Source: Azolla caroliniana
Lineage: Eukaryota; Plantae; Polypodiophyta
Direction: 5' to 3'
DNA length: 64,000 nt
NCBI GenBank assembly: GCA_043228905.1
Contig: JBHGNT010000007.1
Coordinates: 21,638,001-21,702,000 of the forward strand
The stretch's first letter is position 1. Every line of letters starts with the position of its first letter. Below are positions 8,452-19,970 of this stretch, one piece after another. A model generated the notes under the pieces. That model was not told where the DNA came from. It saw only the letters and a list, made by a program, of their open reading frames with translations, and searched no databases. The position numbers and the translations under genes are program-made.

Positions 8452-11400
8452 TTAGTGCTTGTCGAGCCATTGGTTCCTCCGTTTCGGTGTTGACTTCCGC
8501 TTGGCCTTTAGTTGATCCGGCTCTTCCGAATCCAACTGTTGAACCGGCTCTTCCGAATCTGCTTCCTCTGATTCGTTCCATCTCTTGTCTGAGTTGATAG
8601 TCTCCAACTCGTCTTCCGTTTTTAGGCCCGTCACCACATCGGACCACATTTGGGTCTTGGCCTTCTTCCAATCGGCTTTGTCCTTCTTGACTCTGCCGCC
8701 GCTGCCGTTTGCTCCGACTGGTTCGGATGTGCCGATTCCTTCGGTCGGCTCGGATTCCTTTATCTGCTTATCTCCCCCCTTGGTTCTTTCTTCCTCTTCG
8801 GCTACTTGTCCGACGGTGCCATCCGTTCCCGTTCCTGTTCTCCCCCTCAAGTGCAGCACATTGAGATGTTGAATCCCAAGCATCTCCGAAAAATGTTGCA
8901 ACTTGTCCGATTGGAGTGGCTTGGTGAAGATGTCAGCAACTTGACGATCCGTGTGAACATACCGAAGTTCAACTTCACCGCTCAGGACCCGCTCACGAAC
9001 AAAGTGATAATGCACTTCTATGTGCTTTGTTCAAGCATGAAATACAAGGTTCTTGGCGAGTTGTATGTTGCTTATGTTGTCACAATAAATCAGGATCGGG
9101 GTCGGCACCTGGATCCAGAGGTCTCGCAGAAGTTGCCAAAGCCAGATGGCTTCACAGGTGGCAATGGTAGCGCCCCGGCATTCAGCCTCAGTGCTCGACA
9201 GAGCCACTGTTGGCTGCTTTTTGCTACTTCACGCAATAGCCGCGCTACCAAAAGAAAACATCTAACCAGAGGTGGATCGACGATCCGATGCATCACCAAC
9301 CCAGTCGGCATCGGTATATCCGACTAGCTTCCCAACTATACCATGTCGGTATAACAATCCCTGGTCCTTCATGCTGCTAACATACCAATGTGCGCACTGA
9401 AGGTGCTCGACGATCGTCTTCTGCATGAACTGGTTGATCACCCTGACTAGATAACTAATGTCGGGTCGAGTGATTGTCAAGTATATGAGGCTTCCGACAA
9501 TTTGTCGGAACAATTTCTCATCGCAAGGCGGTCCGGAGTCAGGACATAGCTTCAGGTTTCGGTCCAGGGGTGTAGAGATCGGTTGGCATTCCGTCATGCT
9601 GAACTTCTACAACATATTCAACACATAATGGCATTGTGAGAGCAATATGTTGTCGGGGGTCTGGATCACCTCGATCCCAAGAAAATAATGAAGGTCCCCC
9701 AGGTCCTTCATTTCAAATGCGTCCGACAGTTGGGACTTCACTTCGCCGATTTCATCGAGTTTGGGTCCGGTGATGACTAAATCATCTACATAAAGCAAAA
9801 TGCAAACCGGACCGTTCCGGATGAACAATGAAGAGTTGGACTTAGAGGCCACAAACCCCATCTTACGCAACCGGTGCGTGATCTTTGCATTCCAAGCTCG
9901 GGGGGCTTGTTTCAAACCGTAAAGCGACTTCTTGAGTCGGCACACTGCCGAGTTGTTCATCTCTGATTGGAAACTGGGGGGTTGGGTCATATAGATCCGT
10001 TCTTCAAGGTCACCTTGAAGAAACGCATTCTTCACGTCCATTTGGTGAAGATGTCATCCCCTTGTCGCAGCAACAACCAGTACCACACGAACCGTCGCCA
10101 TCTTCGCTACCGGAGCGAAGGTCTCATCGTAATCGATTTCGTGGGTCTGTGCGTATTCCTTTGCCACTAACTGGGCCTTGTACTGGTTGACTGAACCGTC
10201 AGCATTGTACTTCACCTTATATACCCATTTGCAACTGATCGATTTACACTGTCAGGGAGAGTCAACCAGGTCCCATGTGTCGTTGGCATCAAGTGCCCGC
10301 ATTTCTTCCTCCATAGCAGCACGCCAATTTGCGTCTTTCGTTACTTTTGCGTAGCTCTCAGGCTCATGCACTTCTGCCACCTTAGTCATGTACGCATAGT
10401 GATGCGCCATGTACTCATTGTATTCGTACCTCATGACGGTTTTCTTCTGACGGGTTGATCGGCGTAACTCTTCGTTACCCAGTTTGAGGCCCTTCTTGGC
10501 TGGTTCGGACTTCCTTTCTGAAGATCCGCCTTCTTCCTTTCCGGGGTCAGATTCGTTCCGATCCGACCCTTCACAACCGGTACCGTATTCCAACATCTTC
10601 TTCTTCCCCTTCTCTTTGTGCGTGAATTGTCTCCTCGGTTCCTTGCGCGGGGAGAGCACAACAAAGTCTCCACTACTCGCCAGTTCTTCACCCGATTAGT
10701 CATCCCGAATCAGTCGCTCATTTTGCCCACTTAGCTAGAATGAGCTCGGACTCTCTTCTAGAGTGCCGAAGTTTTCGTCTTCTACCTGGACCTCTTCGGG
10801 CTCACTAGCCTCATCTTTTGGAATCGGGTTGGATTCGGACGTTGGAGTCGGTAGAGAGTACCATGATGCCGACTCATCAAACTCAACATCTCGGCTTACT
10901 CGGACCTGCTTAGTCCAGGTGTTATAACACTTATACCCCTTCTGCTCATGTGAGTAACCAACTAGGATGCACTTCTCCGACTTCGGATCCAGCTTCCTCC
11001 ACTTCTCATCCGGTATATGCACATATGCTATGCTATCGAATATCCGAAGGTGCCTCAAATTCGGCTTACGCCCGAAATACAGTTCGTGTGCAAACACCTT
11101 GTCTCTGATCCGGTTTTGGATGTAGACGATTGTCCGTATTGCCTCAACCCAGTAGAATTTGGGCATGCTCTTCTCCTCCAGCATTGCCCTCGCCGCGTCA
11201 ACAATCAACCGGTTCTTTCTTTCAGCCACACCGTTTTGTTTCGATGTGTACCTGCAGTTGAATTCTCTCCGAATTCCCTTCTACTGCAGATAACTGTTGA
11301 ATTGGCCATAAAAGTATTCTTTTCCGCCATCCGACCGCAGGCACTTGAACTTCCTCTTCGTTTCCCTTTTGACTAAGCTTTGAAGGTTCCGGAAACAGTC

Positions 11401-12644
11401 GAAGACTTCACTTTTCTCCTCGATGAGGTAGATCCACATGTGCCAGTTGTAGTCGTCGATGAAGGAGACGGAATACCGAATCCCGCCAAGACTAACATTT
11501 TGTGTCGGTCCCCATACATCCGAATGGATTAAGTTGAGCTTGTTACGGCTCTGGTTTCGTTTGGTGGGGAAAGGAAGCCGGTGTTGCTTCACAAGTTGGC
11601 AGGCTTCACAAATTTGGGCTTTCCGACCACTGAATTTCGGCAATCTGAACACAACCTATTTTGATTGTAGGTCTTGAAACCTCCGGTAATTGACGTGGCC
11701 AATCCGTTTGTGCTAGAGATCGATGTCTGATTCAATATTTTGTCCTTTGGCAAACATGGCAGTGTCGACGCCATTAGTGTTGAGGATGAACATCCTCCCT
11801 TCTCTGGGCCCTTGTGCAATTATCCGGCCTTCTTCCTCGATGAAGCACCAGAGGTGCGTAAACCGCACCTGCATCCCCTGGTCGACGATTTGTCCAATCG
11901 ACACCAAGTTCTTTGTGATAGTCGAAATGTGTAGTACGTTCATCAACTTCCCCTTTTGTCCAACATGGCTTAAAGGGACTTCTCCGACATGCACAATCAG
12001 GTGAGGGATGTCGTCTCCGGTTTCGACAATCCCCGGTTGTTCCGGTTTCTCCAAAAAAGAGAACCATTCTTCATGGCTCGTCATGTGGTTGGACGCTCCG
12101 GGATCAACGTACCATACTTCCTCCGATTTGGAAGTAGTCTTCTTCGTCGAGTTAGCCTTGTGCTTCATCACGAAGGTTGGTCCTTTACCGGTCTTCCCGG
12201 TTCCAGATCCTTCTGCATAGTGCGAGCTTTGCCGGTTTTCCCGACCGGCTTTGCCAGATCTAGATTTGTTCGAATCAGCGCACTTTTTCCAGCACTCGCT
12301 TTCCATGTGGCCTTTCTTGCCACAGTACCAACATTCTGTGTCGGCCTTTCCTTGCCGGTTTCCGGCACTGGCTTGACTCCCCTTGCTTGTGGAGGGTCCG
12401 AAACTACTGTCGGCACTGTCTCTATGCCTTCGGTCTTGCTCCTGTCGGCCATCTCCATTGCGTGCTGAACCACCGCGGCCACCACGGCCACGAGGCCGAT
12501 CCGCCCCCGTGTACAACATCCAATTGTCCGATTGAGTGGTCCTAGACCCACTCATGTGGTTTTCTTTGACCATCAACATCGATTGTAAGTCAAAGAAGGA
12601 CAGTGGTTACTCCCGGGTGCAAATTGTCGTCCGGATTGGCCCGT
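8452..12644 (-). pseudogene. Disrupted gag(C-term)-PR-IN-RT-RH of copia B
   Basis: ORF fragments 11713-12579 (CWYCGKKGHMESEC, DPGASNHMT), 11281-11652, 10735-11229, 10252-10659, 9607-10041 (MDVKNAFLQG, LYVDDL), 9262-9597 and 8452-9015, separated by stops and frameshifts. Confidence 0.92.
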
Positions 12645-13290
12645 TGTCGAGGTATTCCTCGCAGATGCGTGGAATGAGGCGGGGCCTCGAGGGTCTTGTA
12701 CCGAAGAGCAAGAGACAAAGGAGAAGGGAAGGGACCCACTACGTGTGGGCGTAGATTCACAGGGGCACAGCCCTTCGACACAAAGACGCGAGTGGGACAC
12801 CGACGCAGAGAGACACGAATGTATGTATATATATATATTAACAAGGACAAACAACAAGAAGCACGAAGTCGGTTACAACCGAACAGGCCGGCGAATAGAT
12901 GCCGATGCCTGTTCGTAAACGCTCAGAAAGAAAGGAGTAGGTTGGAGGTGCTGCCGGAAGCACTCGGGCATTCCTCAGAGCAGCGCGAGCCTCTCGAAAA
13001 CCTGCACAGAAAGAAGCTACGGAGTATGGAAGAGAGAGAAGCCTTCGGCCGACAACCCGACAGCACTTCGTCCTCTCTAACCGTGATCCTTCCCCCCTCC
13101 TCGTCTCCCTCCTTTTATAGGCAAGGAAGGAGCCGTTTCCCATTAACTTCCTACCTACCGAATCTACCTACCTAGGATCTTCTATGTACCTAATTCTCTC
13201 TTATGTACAACATAAGGCGTACGTGCATGAAGAGCCGGTTCCTACGCTCCGGTGCACCGATTCCGCTTGTGGACGGTTTTCTTCACGACA
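12645..13290 (-). repeat. 3' LTR of gypsy C
   Basis: Direct repeat of 19325-19970. Confidence 0.96.
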
Positions 13291-13363
13291 TCCGCCCCCA
13301 CCTAACCGCGCATCCACCGGCATGCGCCAAATTGAGTTGGGACGGAGAAAACCGGTCCAGCCT

Positions 13364-16300
13364 TCATTCCCCGCCCGTCGGTTCTTCCTCGGTTTCTGAT
13401 CGTTCGTCGTCGCGGTCCAGGTTAACCGGATCCAGCTCGTCGTCGTGACACTTCTTGAACGCTTTGATCCGCTTCCCAGCTACCGGTATCGCCATTCTCG
13501 TGCCGTTGAGTTCCGCCAGATGGTACGTCCTGTTGTCGTTGGCGCTTTGTACCACGTAAGGCCCGAACCACCTTCTTGCGAACTTCCGTGTCACTCGGTG
13601 CTGGTTGTCGAGGCTGCTGTCGTAGACTAGCACCCAGTCGCCTTCCTCGATCTTCTTCGGTCGGAGCTGGTGCGTTCGGTCAAACCGGGCTTTGTTCCTC
13701 GTCCTTGCCACCCGAAGCTTTTCCGCAGCCTGCTCCACGTCCTCCGGTCTTCGCTCGAGCTGTCGTATGCGCGCCGCCAACAGTTCCTCCCGGCTCATCT
13801 CGTCTCTCCAGTCCACGGTTGCCCATGAGGAGATCGTACGTTCCATCGGCATGATCAGCTTTTGCCCAAACATGAGCTCTGCCGGCATGAATCCGGTTAC
13901 CGAACTGTGCGTAGTTCGGTACGCCCACAACGCGTAAGGCAACAGTCGCGGCCAGTTCCCGACTTGACCTCCGCATGCCCGAACTAACGCCTTGACGATC
14001 GGTCTGTGTCCGCGCTCCACCTTCCCATTCGCCTCCGGATTGTACGCAGTGGTAAGCGAGAGCTTGACCCCTAGCCGGTCGAACAGCTCCTCGGCCTCTT
14101 CGGCGTCCAACTCCCCGCGATCAGCCACGATCTTCCCGACGCACCCGTACCAGCATATCACGTCCTCGATCAGGAACCAACATACGGCCGTGGTCGTTTT
14201 GTTCTGAAGGGCTCGGCCTTCCACCTGGTTCGTCAGATCTTCCCGAGCCAGGACCAGATACCGCATCTGTCCTACTCCCATCGGCATCGTCACCAGATCT
14301 ACCATCCATTTGAAGTGGATGGTCGGAGGGTACGTAGGGTGAAGCTCGTCCCGATGTCGGACTATGGAGTGCATCTGACAGCTCTCGCAAGTTGTCACGA
14401 ACCAATGCACGTCCCGATACAGTCCCGGCCACCAGTACTTCCCCTTTATCTTCTCGAACGTGGCCCACATTCCACGGTGTCCAGCCCAAGGGCTGTCGTG
14501 GTAGGCCGTCAGCAGCTCCTCCTGTTCTTCCTTCATCGCCACCACCCGGAGCGGGACGCCGTTCCTCTTCTTCGGGTGCTTCCATAAGTATCCGTCCTGG
14601 AGAAAGAATCGGTATGCTTTCTTCCGGATCCGGTTGGTCTCGTCCCTCGTCCACGACGCATCCGACGTCATTGTCCTCAAGAAACCACCGATCTGGAGCC
14701 ACTCGCCGTCGTACTTGCTCTCGTCGAAGCCGTTAAGCGCCGGAGTGCTCGTCCCATCGGTCGTCACGTACGCCGCCTCGAAGAAGTCCACGCCGACTTC
14801 TTCGTCCTCCGAAACCATGCCGCCCTCGTTATCAAACCTCGCCCTCGAAAGCATGTCGGCCATGGCGTTGTCCTTTCCGGAAATGTGTCGTATTTCCGGG
14901 TCCAGGGACTTGATGTACGCTATCCACCTAAGCATCTCCAGGTCCGGTGTCGCGCATCCGGAAACCATGCCGAGAATTGGCAGGCAATCCGTCTCGATAA
15001 TCACTTCTGTCCCGATCAGGTAGTCTTTGTCGGCCTTTACTGCCGAAACGATACCCCAGAGTTCGCGTTTAACCTGGGCGTACCCTCGCTGTCGCTCACT
15101 GAGGACCTTTGCGCCGAATCGGATCGGGAACCGAATGCCGTCCTCGTCTTCTTGGTTGACGACCCATCCGATCCCGGTCGGACTCGTATCCACCGTTATG
15201 TATACGGGGTACCCTTCTCGTAGACAGCCTTCCGGAGCACCGGTGCTGCCGTAAGAGCTTCCTTCAGCTTCCGGACCGACTCCATGTGCTCATCTCGCCA
15301 CTCGAATTTTCGCCCCTTCTTCAGCAACCCGTATAGCGGCTCCGCAACGTGGGCGTAATGCGGGATCCATATGTGGTAGAATGTGCACGCCCCCAGGAAC
15401 CTCCGAACTTCCGTAACCGAGCTACAGTCGGTCTTCATCGCAGAGATGGCTTCTACTTTTGCCGGAGACGGTTTCCGGCCATATGGTCCACATAGATGTC
15501 CGACCACCAGGATTTATGATTGCCCGAAGGCCGATTTCTCCCCGGAGAAGGTGAGCCTCGCAACCTCTAGCCTTTGTAGCACCTTCTCGCAGTCGTCGAT
15601 GTGTGTTGCCACGAATCGCCGGCATCCGTCCGGCCCGAGTGTCTCGTCCTTCTCTTCCACCGGGCACCCCTTGATCGGGATGTCGTCTAGAAATGGCATG
15701 GTGATGTCCGGGATGCAATCCCTCAGTACCTTGTTCATTGCATTCACCATGTGGGCCACCGAGTTGGTCCCTCCTTGTGGCAGGGTACACATTCGCACTA
15801 GGCCGAGGGGAGTTCACATCGTCGTAATGTCTCTACTCTTCACGGCTAGCTGGAACTGGTCGTACCCCGAGTACAGGTCACCGACCGAGTAAATCGACCT
15901 TCCGACGAAGGCCTCCGCGAACTTGTCTATGGTCGGTCCGATTCCTGCGTTCCGAATGGTCACTTTGTTGACCGGCTGCAGGTCTTGAATGAAGCGCAAT
16001 GTTCCGTTTTTCTTTGGTACGGTAAACCACCGGTTCGAGTATGGGGCACTCGACGGTTCGAGAATGCCCATATCGACTATCTACCTCAACAGCTCCATCA
16101 ACTTCGGGATGTGAGCTCTCGGTATTGGAATCGGCTTGAGATTCCACGGCACATGCGGTACCGTGAATATCACCATCGGCTCCACGATTGTCGGGTCTAC
16201 GCACCCGATCTCTTCTGGTGAGAATGCGAAGGCTTTCCCGTGCCTTCCGAGCATTCTCCGAAACCGGTCTTCCTCCGCCGGCAGTAGGAACCCGCCCCCA

Positions 16301-16860
16301 CCGATTTTGAGCTCCCGGAGCGTCCCGTCGGTGAAGGTGTGTCCTATGCAGACCGGATCTCGCAAACTGGGGTCTGACGCAACCCCTCTGATCCGAGACT
16401 CGCTGCCCTCCGGTAAGGGTGCCGCGACTGGCCTTACCTTCCGGTCCACAGTCTTGTACTTCGTGCTAACCCGGGCCGTCTGATCCGACCCGAGCCCCTG
16501 ACTGAAGTTCGCGATGACTTCGTACATCTCTTCGGAACATACCGGTATCGTCCGTTCTTCGTTAAGGTCTTCTCCGGCTACCTCCCTCAGCATCCCCAAG
16601 GTGTCGTCGAAGGAGACCGCCTCCACAGCTCCGTTGATTTCCTCGTCCGGGCCGAGAACTCCGCACGCTCGAAGTCGCTCCTCCGCCCTTGCCTTTTCTC
16701 GGCCAACGATGCCAACTATCATACACCCTCCGTCGTTGGAGAAGAAAAATTTTCTACCTATCGTACAAGGTTTCTTCGGTTTCGGTTCTGTCGTACAGCG
16801 GTGGGGTCTTTCCCGAGTGTTCGGACTGTCTCGGCCCCACGCCTTGGCAGCCCTCTCTAA
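13364..16860 (-). pseudogene. pol (RT-RNaseH-integrase) of gypsy C, disrupted
   Basis: RT (PYSNRWFTVPKKNGTLRFIQDLQPVN, DLYSGYDQ, LPQGGTNS, PFLDD), RH (DTSPTGIG, ETDC, NAMADMLSR), IN (H..H..CESC, DLV, DRGE, EANGKVERG, GPY). Premature stops at 16081, 15814 and 15514 and a frameshift near 15200. Confidence 0.93.
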
Positions 16861-16866
16861 AAATCC
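16801..16866 (-). promoter_or_regulatory. Putative -1 programmed ribosomal frameshift signal (G_GAU_UUU plus pseudoknot)
   Basis: ORF1 ends GAG GAT TTT TAG. The -1 frame is open from this point into pol. A 6-nt spacer is followed by GGGCTG/CAGTCC and GTGGGG-CCGAG/CTCGG-CCCCAC complementarities. Confidence 0.7.
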
Positions 16867-19308
16867 TCTCGGTTCTTGCCACCGAGGGATTCGCGATTTC
16901 GCTCGTGGTTCGGTCGCACCGTCAGAAATTGAACCGAATGGCGCTCGTCCTGGCTTTTGACCCTCGCGTAGGCCGAACCGTTGTCTAGCACCTTGGTCTC
17001 CATCCGCGCCGCCATGATGTATGGTTCCCCTAATATGACCGGGTGCGAGGACGTCTCCTGTACAAAGAAGTGCTGGTCAACCTCGACGTCGCCGATCTTG
17101 ACTCGCACATTCGGGTAGGCCCCGTGCAGTTCCTCGGTGGCGCGCGTCGCCGCCCGTATCTTCCACCCGTGCTTGGTGTTGATCAGCCACTTTCCCTTCT
17201 TATAGAAGTCCATGGACATCAGGTTTATTTCCGAACCGTGGTCCACTAGTGCCACCACCGGTTCCTGAACATCTCCGATCTTTACCGGGGTCTCCGTGGT
17301 CGCTCGGGCCCAGTGTGGCCTCGAATAGTGGCTCTCCGCCCACTCATCTTCCAGCGCCAAGTCGTCGATGTGTGTCGTCCGCACCTCCACCGGTCTTTCC
17401 GGTTCCGTCTCCGTCGACAGCCTCTTCCGCTTCACCAAGTCCACAATGGAGTCGTGGAACTCCTTCTTAGCGATCCCTAGCACCTCCCGCAATGACAACT
17501 CCACTTTGCTGTCGAGGATCCATTCTTCTAGGACCTTTCGTAGGTCCGTGGTCCTTTCTATTTCCGTCCCCAGTCGGTATCCGCCCTTCCTGGGGTTATC
17601 TTGCGCGCTGGACCCACCGGCATCGTTCCGTCGTTGCCCGAATCGGGTCTCGTATCGTTGTGAGGGCCCGGCCGCTCCGGCTTTCCCTACTCGTTTGTCT
17701 TCTACCAGAGCCTCGTAGTTCCGGCAGGCGGCTTCTACGAAGCCTGTCTTCTCCTCGACCGGGTCGCTCCACCCGGTTATTTCCCGGACCCGTCTCTCAG
17801 CGCGGTCCGCTTCATCTTTCCTCAGCTGTGCGTCGGCGAGGCCTTCCAGCATTGCCAACCAGAATCCTTCTTTGCTCTCCTTTCGGGCCTCGCTGCCCCC
17901 GACCCGAATACCGGCCGACGCCGAGTAGTGGTTGCCCGAATCGGGTCTCGTATCGTTGTGAGGGCCCGGCTGCTCCGGCTTTCCCTACTCGTTTGTCTTC
18001 TACCAGAGCCTCGTAGTTCCGGCAGGCGGCTTCTACGAAGCCCGTCTTCTCCTCGACCGGGTCGCTCCACCCGATTATTTCCCGGACCCGTCTCTCAGCG
18101 CGGTCTGCTTCATCTTTCCTCAGCTGTGCGTCGGCGAGGCCTTCCAGCATTGCCGACCAGAATCCTTCTTTGCTCTCCTTTCGGGCCTCGCTGCCCCCGA
18201 CCCGAATACCGGTCGACGCCGAGTAGTGGATGGCCTCCACGTGTTGGGCTGCTGCCTCTTCCATCAGTCTCTTCATACCTCCTCGCCCGTCGTTCCGGTT
18301 TAGGGCCCTTCTGGTATCGCCGGCGTGCACCCGGCCTTCCCATAGGTACACCACCCAGTTCCTCAACGCCTCTGCGAAATCGCCGCAGTCCTTCCGAATG
18401 TGGCCGACCTCGTCGCACCACATGCACCTGTTCCTTGCTACCGGCCGTCGGTCACGAGCCGGTTCGCCGCCTTCCCTTCGAGTCTAGGCGATCTGGAGAT
18501 CCTTTATCGCCCGCGTCAACTCCTCCAACGCTGCTCCTCCGGACGAGTCATTGACCATGCCGATCGGAGCCGACCCGGTTTCGAGCCACTCCCGGGTCTC
18601 TGCCCTTCGCCCTTGCGGTGCCGGTTCAAGCCTCCTTGCTATGACAGAGCCCGCATCGGCCGCCCCGTTGTCAGCCCATTCTCGCCATTTGTCGAAACGG
18701 CCACAGACTCTCTTAACCGCAGCCCAGTCGGTCGTCAACCCGTCTTCGGTTTCTAGTAAGGAGCCAACTTGATCCCGGTCCCGCTCGTCCACCGACTTGA
18801 CGAACAGTAGGACACGACTCGTATCCAGAACGGTTCGGTCAAGCGCCGAGAGGCGCGCAAAGCGTTCCTCAAACTCCCGGAGGAGTGCCGACGCGTTTCT
18901 TCCCTTGCCGGGGAACTCCACCCATTCCATGAAGTCCCGTTTCGAAAGTCGGAGCGCGTCGTCCAGCCCATATTTTTCTACGAGTCGGCCTTCGAACTCC
19001 TCCCAGGTACGGCTCTCCGCCCGTACCTCGAGCACCTCCGCATGGATGCTCGGCATCGCCACTCGAGGGAACCCGGCAAGACGCCTCTCTTCCGGAATGT
19101 CCCGCATCAGCATTTCTGCCCCGTAGGACGCCAAATACTTCGTGGCATCCTTCCCGTTGAACCGGCCGATCGTACCGACGACCACCTCAATGGCTCTGTC
19201 GAGGGCGCCGGTGCCCTCGCGTGCGCTCAATACCCGATCCACGGCCGAAGCCATGGCCTCCGCAAGATCCGACCCCTTCATCTTCTGCTCTTCTGCCACC
19301 TCTTTCAT
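16857..19308 (-). pseudogene. gag-protease ORF1 of gypsy C, disrupted by a stop (18484) and a 298-bp duplication
   Basis: Gag-like region (GRFNGKDATKYL), zinc knuckle CMWCDEVGHIRKDC, aspartic protease ALVDHGSEINLM...VILGEPY. Confidence 0.88.
17633..18228. repeat. 298-bp tandem duplication inside gypsy C ORF1
   Basis: 17633-17930 is repeated at 17931-18228 with ~6 transitions. The peptide AMLEGLADAQ...ETRFGQ appears twice in the ORF track. Confidence 0.95.
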
Positions 19309-19321
19309 GTCGGGTTCACCA
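19304..19321 (-). promoter_or_regulatory. Primer-binding site complementary to tRNA-Trp
   Basis: TGGTGAACCCGACATGAA, 3 nt inside the 5' LTR. It matches 17 of 18 nt of the complement of the plant tRNA-Trp 3' end as I recall it (...TTCACGTCGGGTTCACCA). Confidence 0.8.
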
Positions 19322-19324
19322 AGA

Positions 19325-19970
19325 TGTCGAGGTATTCCTCGCGGATGCGTGGAATGAGGCGGGGCCTCGGGGGTCTTGTACCGAAGAGCAAGAGACAAAG
19401 GAGAAGGGAAGGGACCCACTACGTGTGGGCGTAGATTCACAGGGGCACGGCCCTTCGACACAAAGACGCGAGTGGGACACCGACGCAGAGAGACACGAAT
19501 GTATGTATATATATATATTAACAAGGACAAACAACAAGAAGCACGAAGTCGGTTACAACCGAACAGGCCGGCGAACAGATGTTGATGCCTGTTCGTAAAC
19601 GCTCAGAAAGAAAGGAGTAGGTTGGAGGTGCTACCGGAAGCACTCGGGCATTCCTTAGAGTAGCGCGAGCCTCCCGAAAACCTGCACAGAAAGAAGCTAC
19701 GGAGTATGGAAGAGAGAGAAGCCTTCGGCCGACAACCTGATAGCACTTCATCCTCTCTAACCGCGATCCTTCCCCCCTCCTCGTCTCCCTCCTTTTATAG
19801 GCAAGGAAGGAGCCGTTTCCCATTAACTTCCTACCTACCGAATCTACCTACCTAGGATCTTCTATGTACCTAATTCTCTCTTATGTACAACATAAGGCGT
19901 ACGTGCATGAAGAGCCGGTTCCTACGCTCCGGTGCACCGATTCCGCTTGTGGACGGTTTTCTTCACGACA
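19325..19970 (-). repeat. 5' LTR of gypsy C
   Basis: Direct repeat of 12645-13290; TATA-like CTATAAAA on the minus strand near 19795. Confidence 0.96.

Larger units (their letters stand above)
12645..19970 (-). mobile_element. Ty3/gypsy-type LTR retrotransposon C of an atypical lineage, nested in the gag of copia B
   Basis: 646-bp TG...CA LTRs at 12645-13290 and 19325-19970 (~14 mismatches). 4-bp TSD CCGT. PBS at 19304-19321; purine-rich tract next to the 3' LTR. Domain order gag, PR, RT, RH, IN. Confidence 0.95.

Noticed and set aside
3206-19823. Numerous short antisense or overlapping ORFs in the retroelements, including LTR ORFs
   Set aside because: Expected in GC-rich coding sequence; no recognisable domains and no env-like TM ORF.
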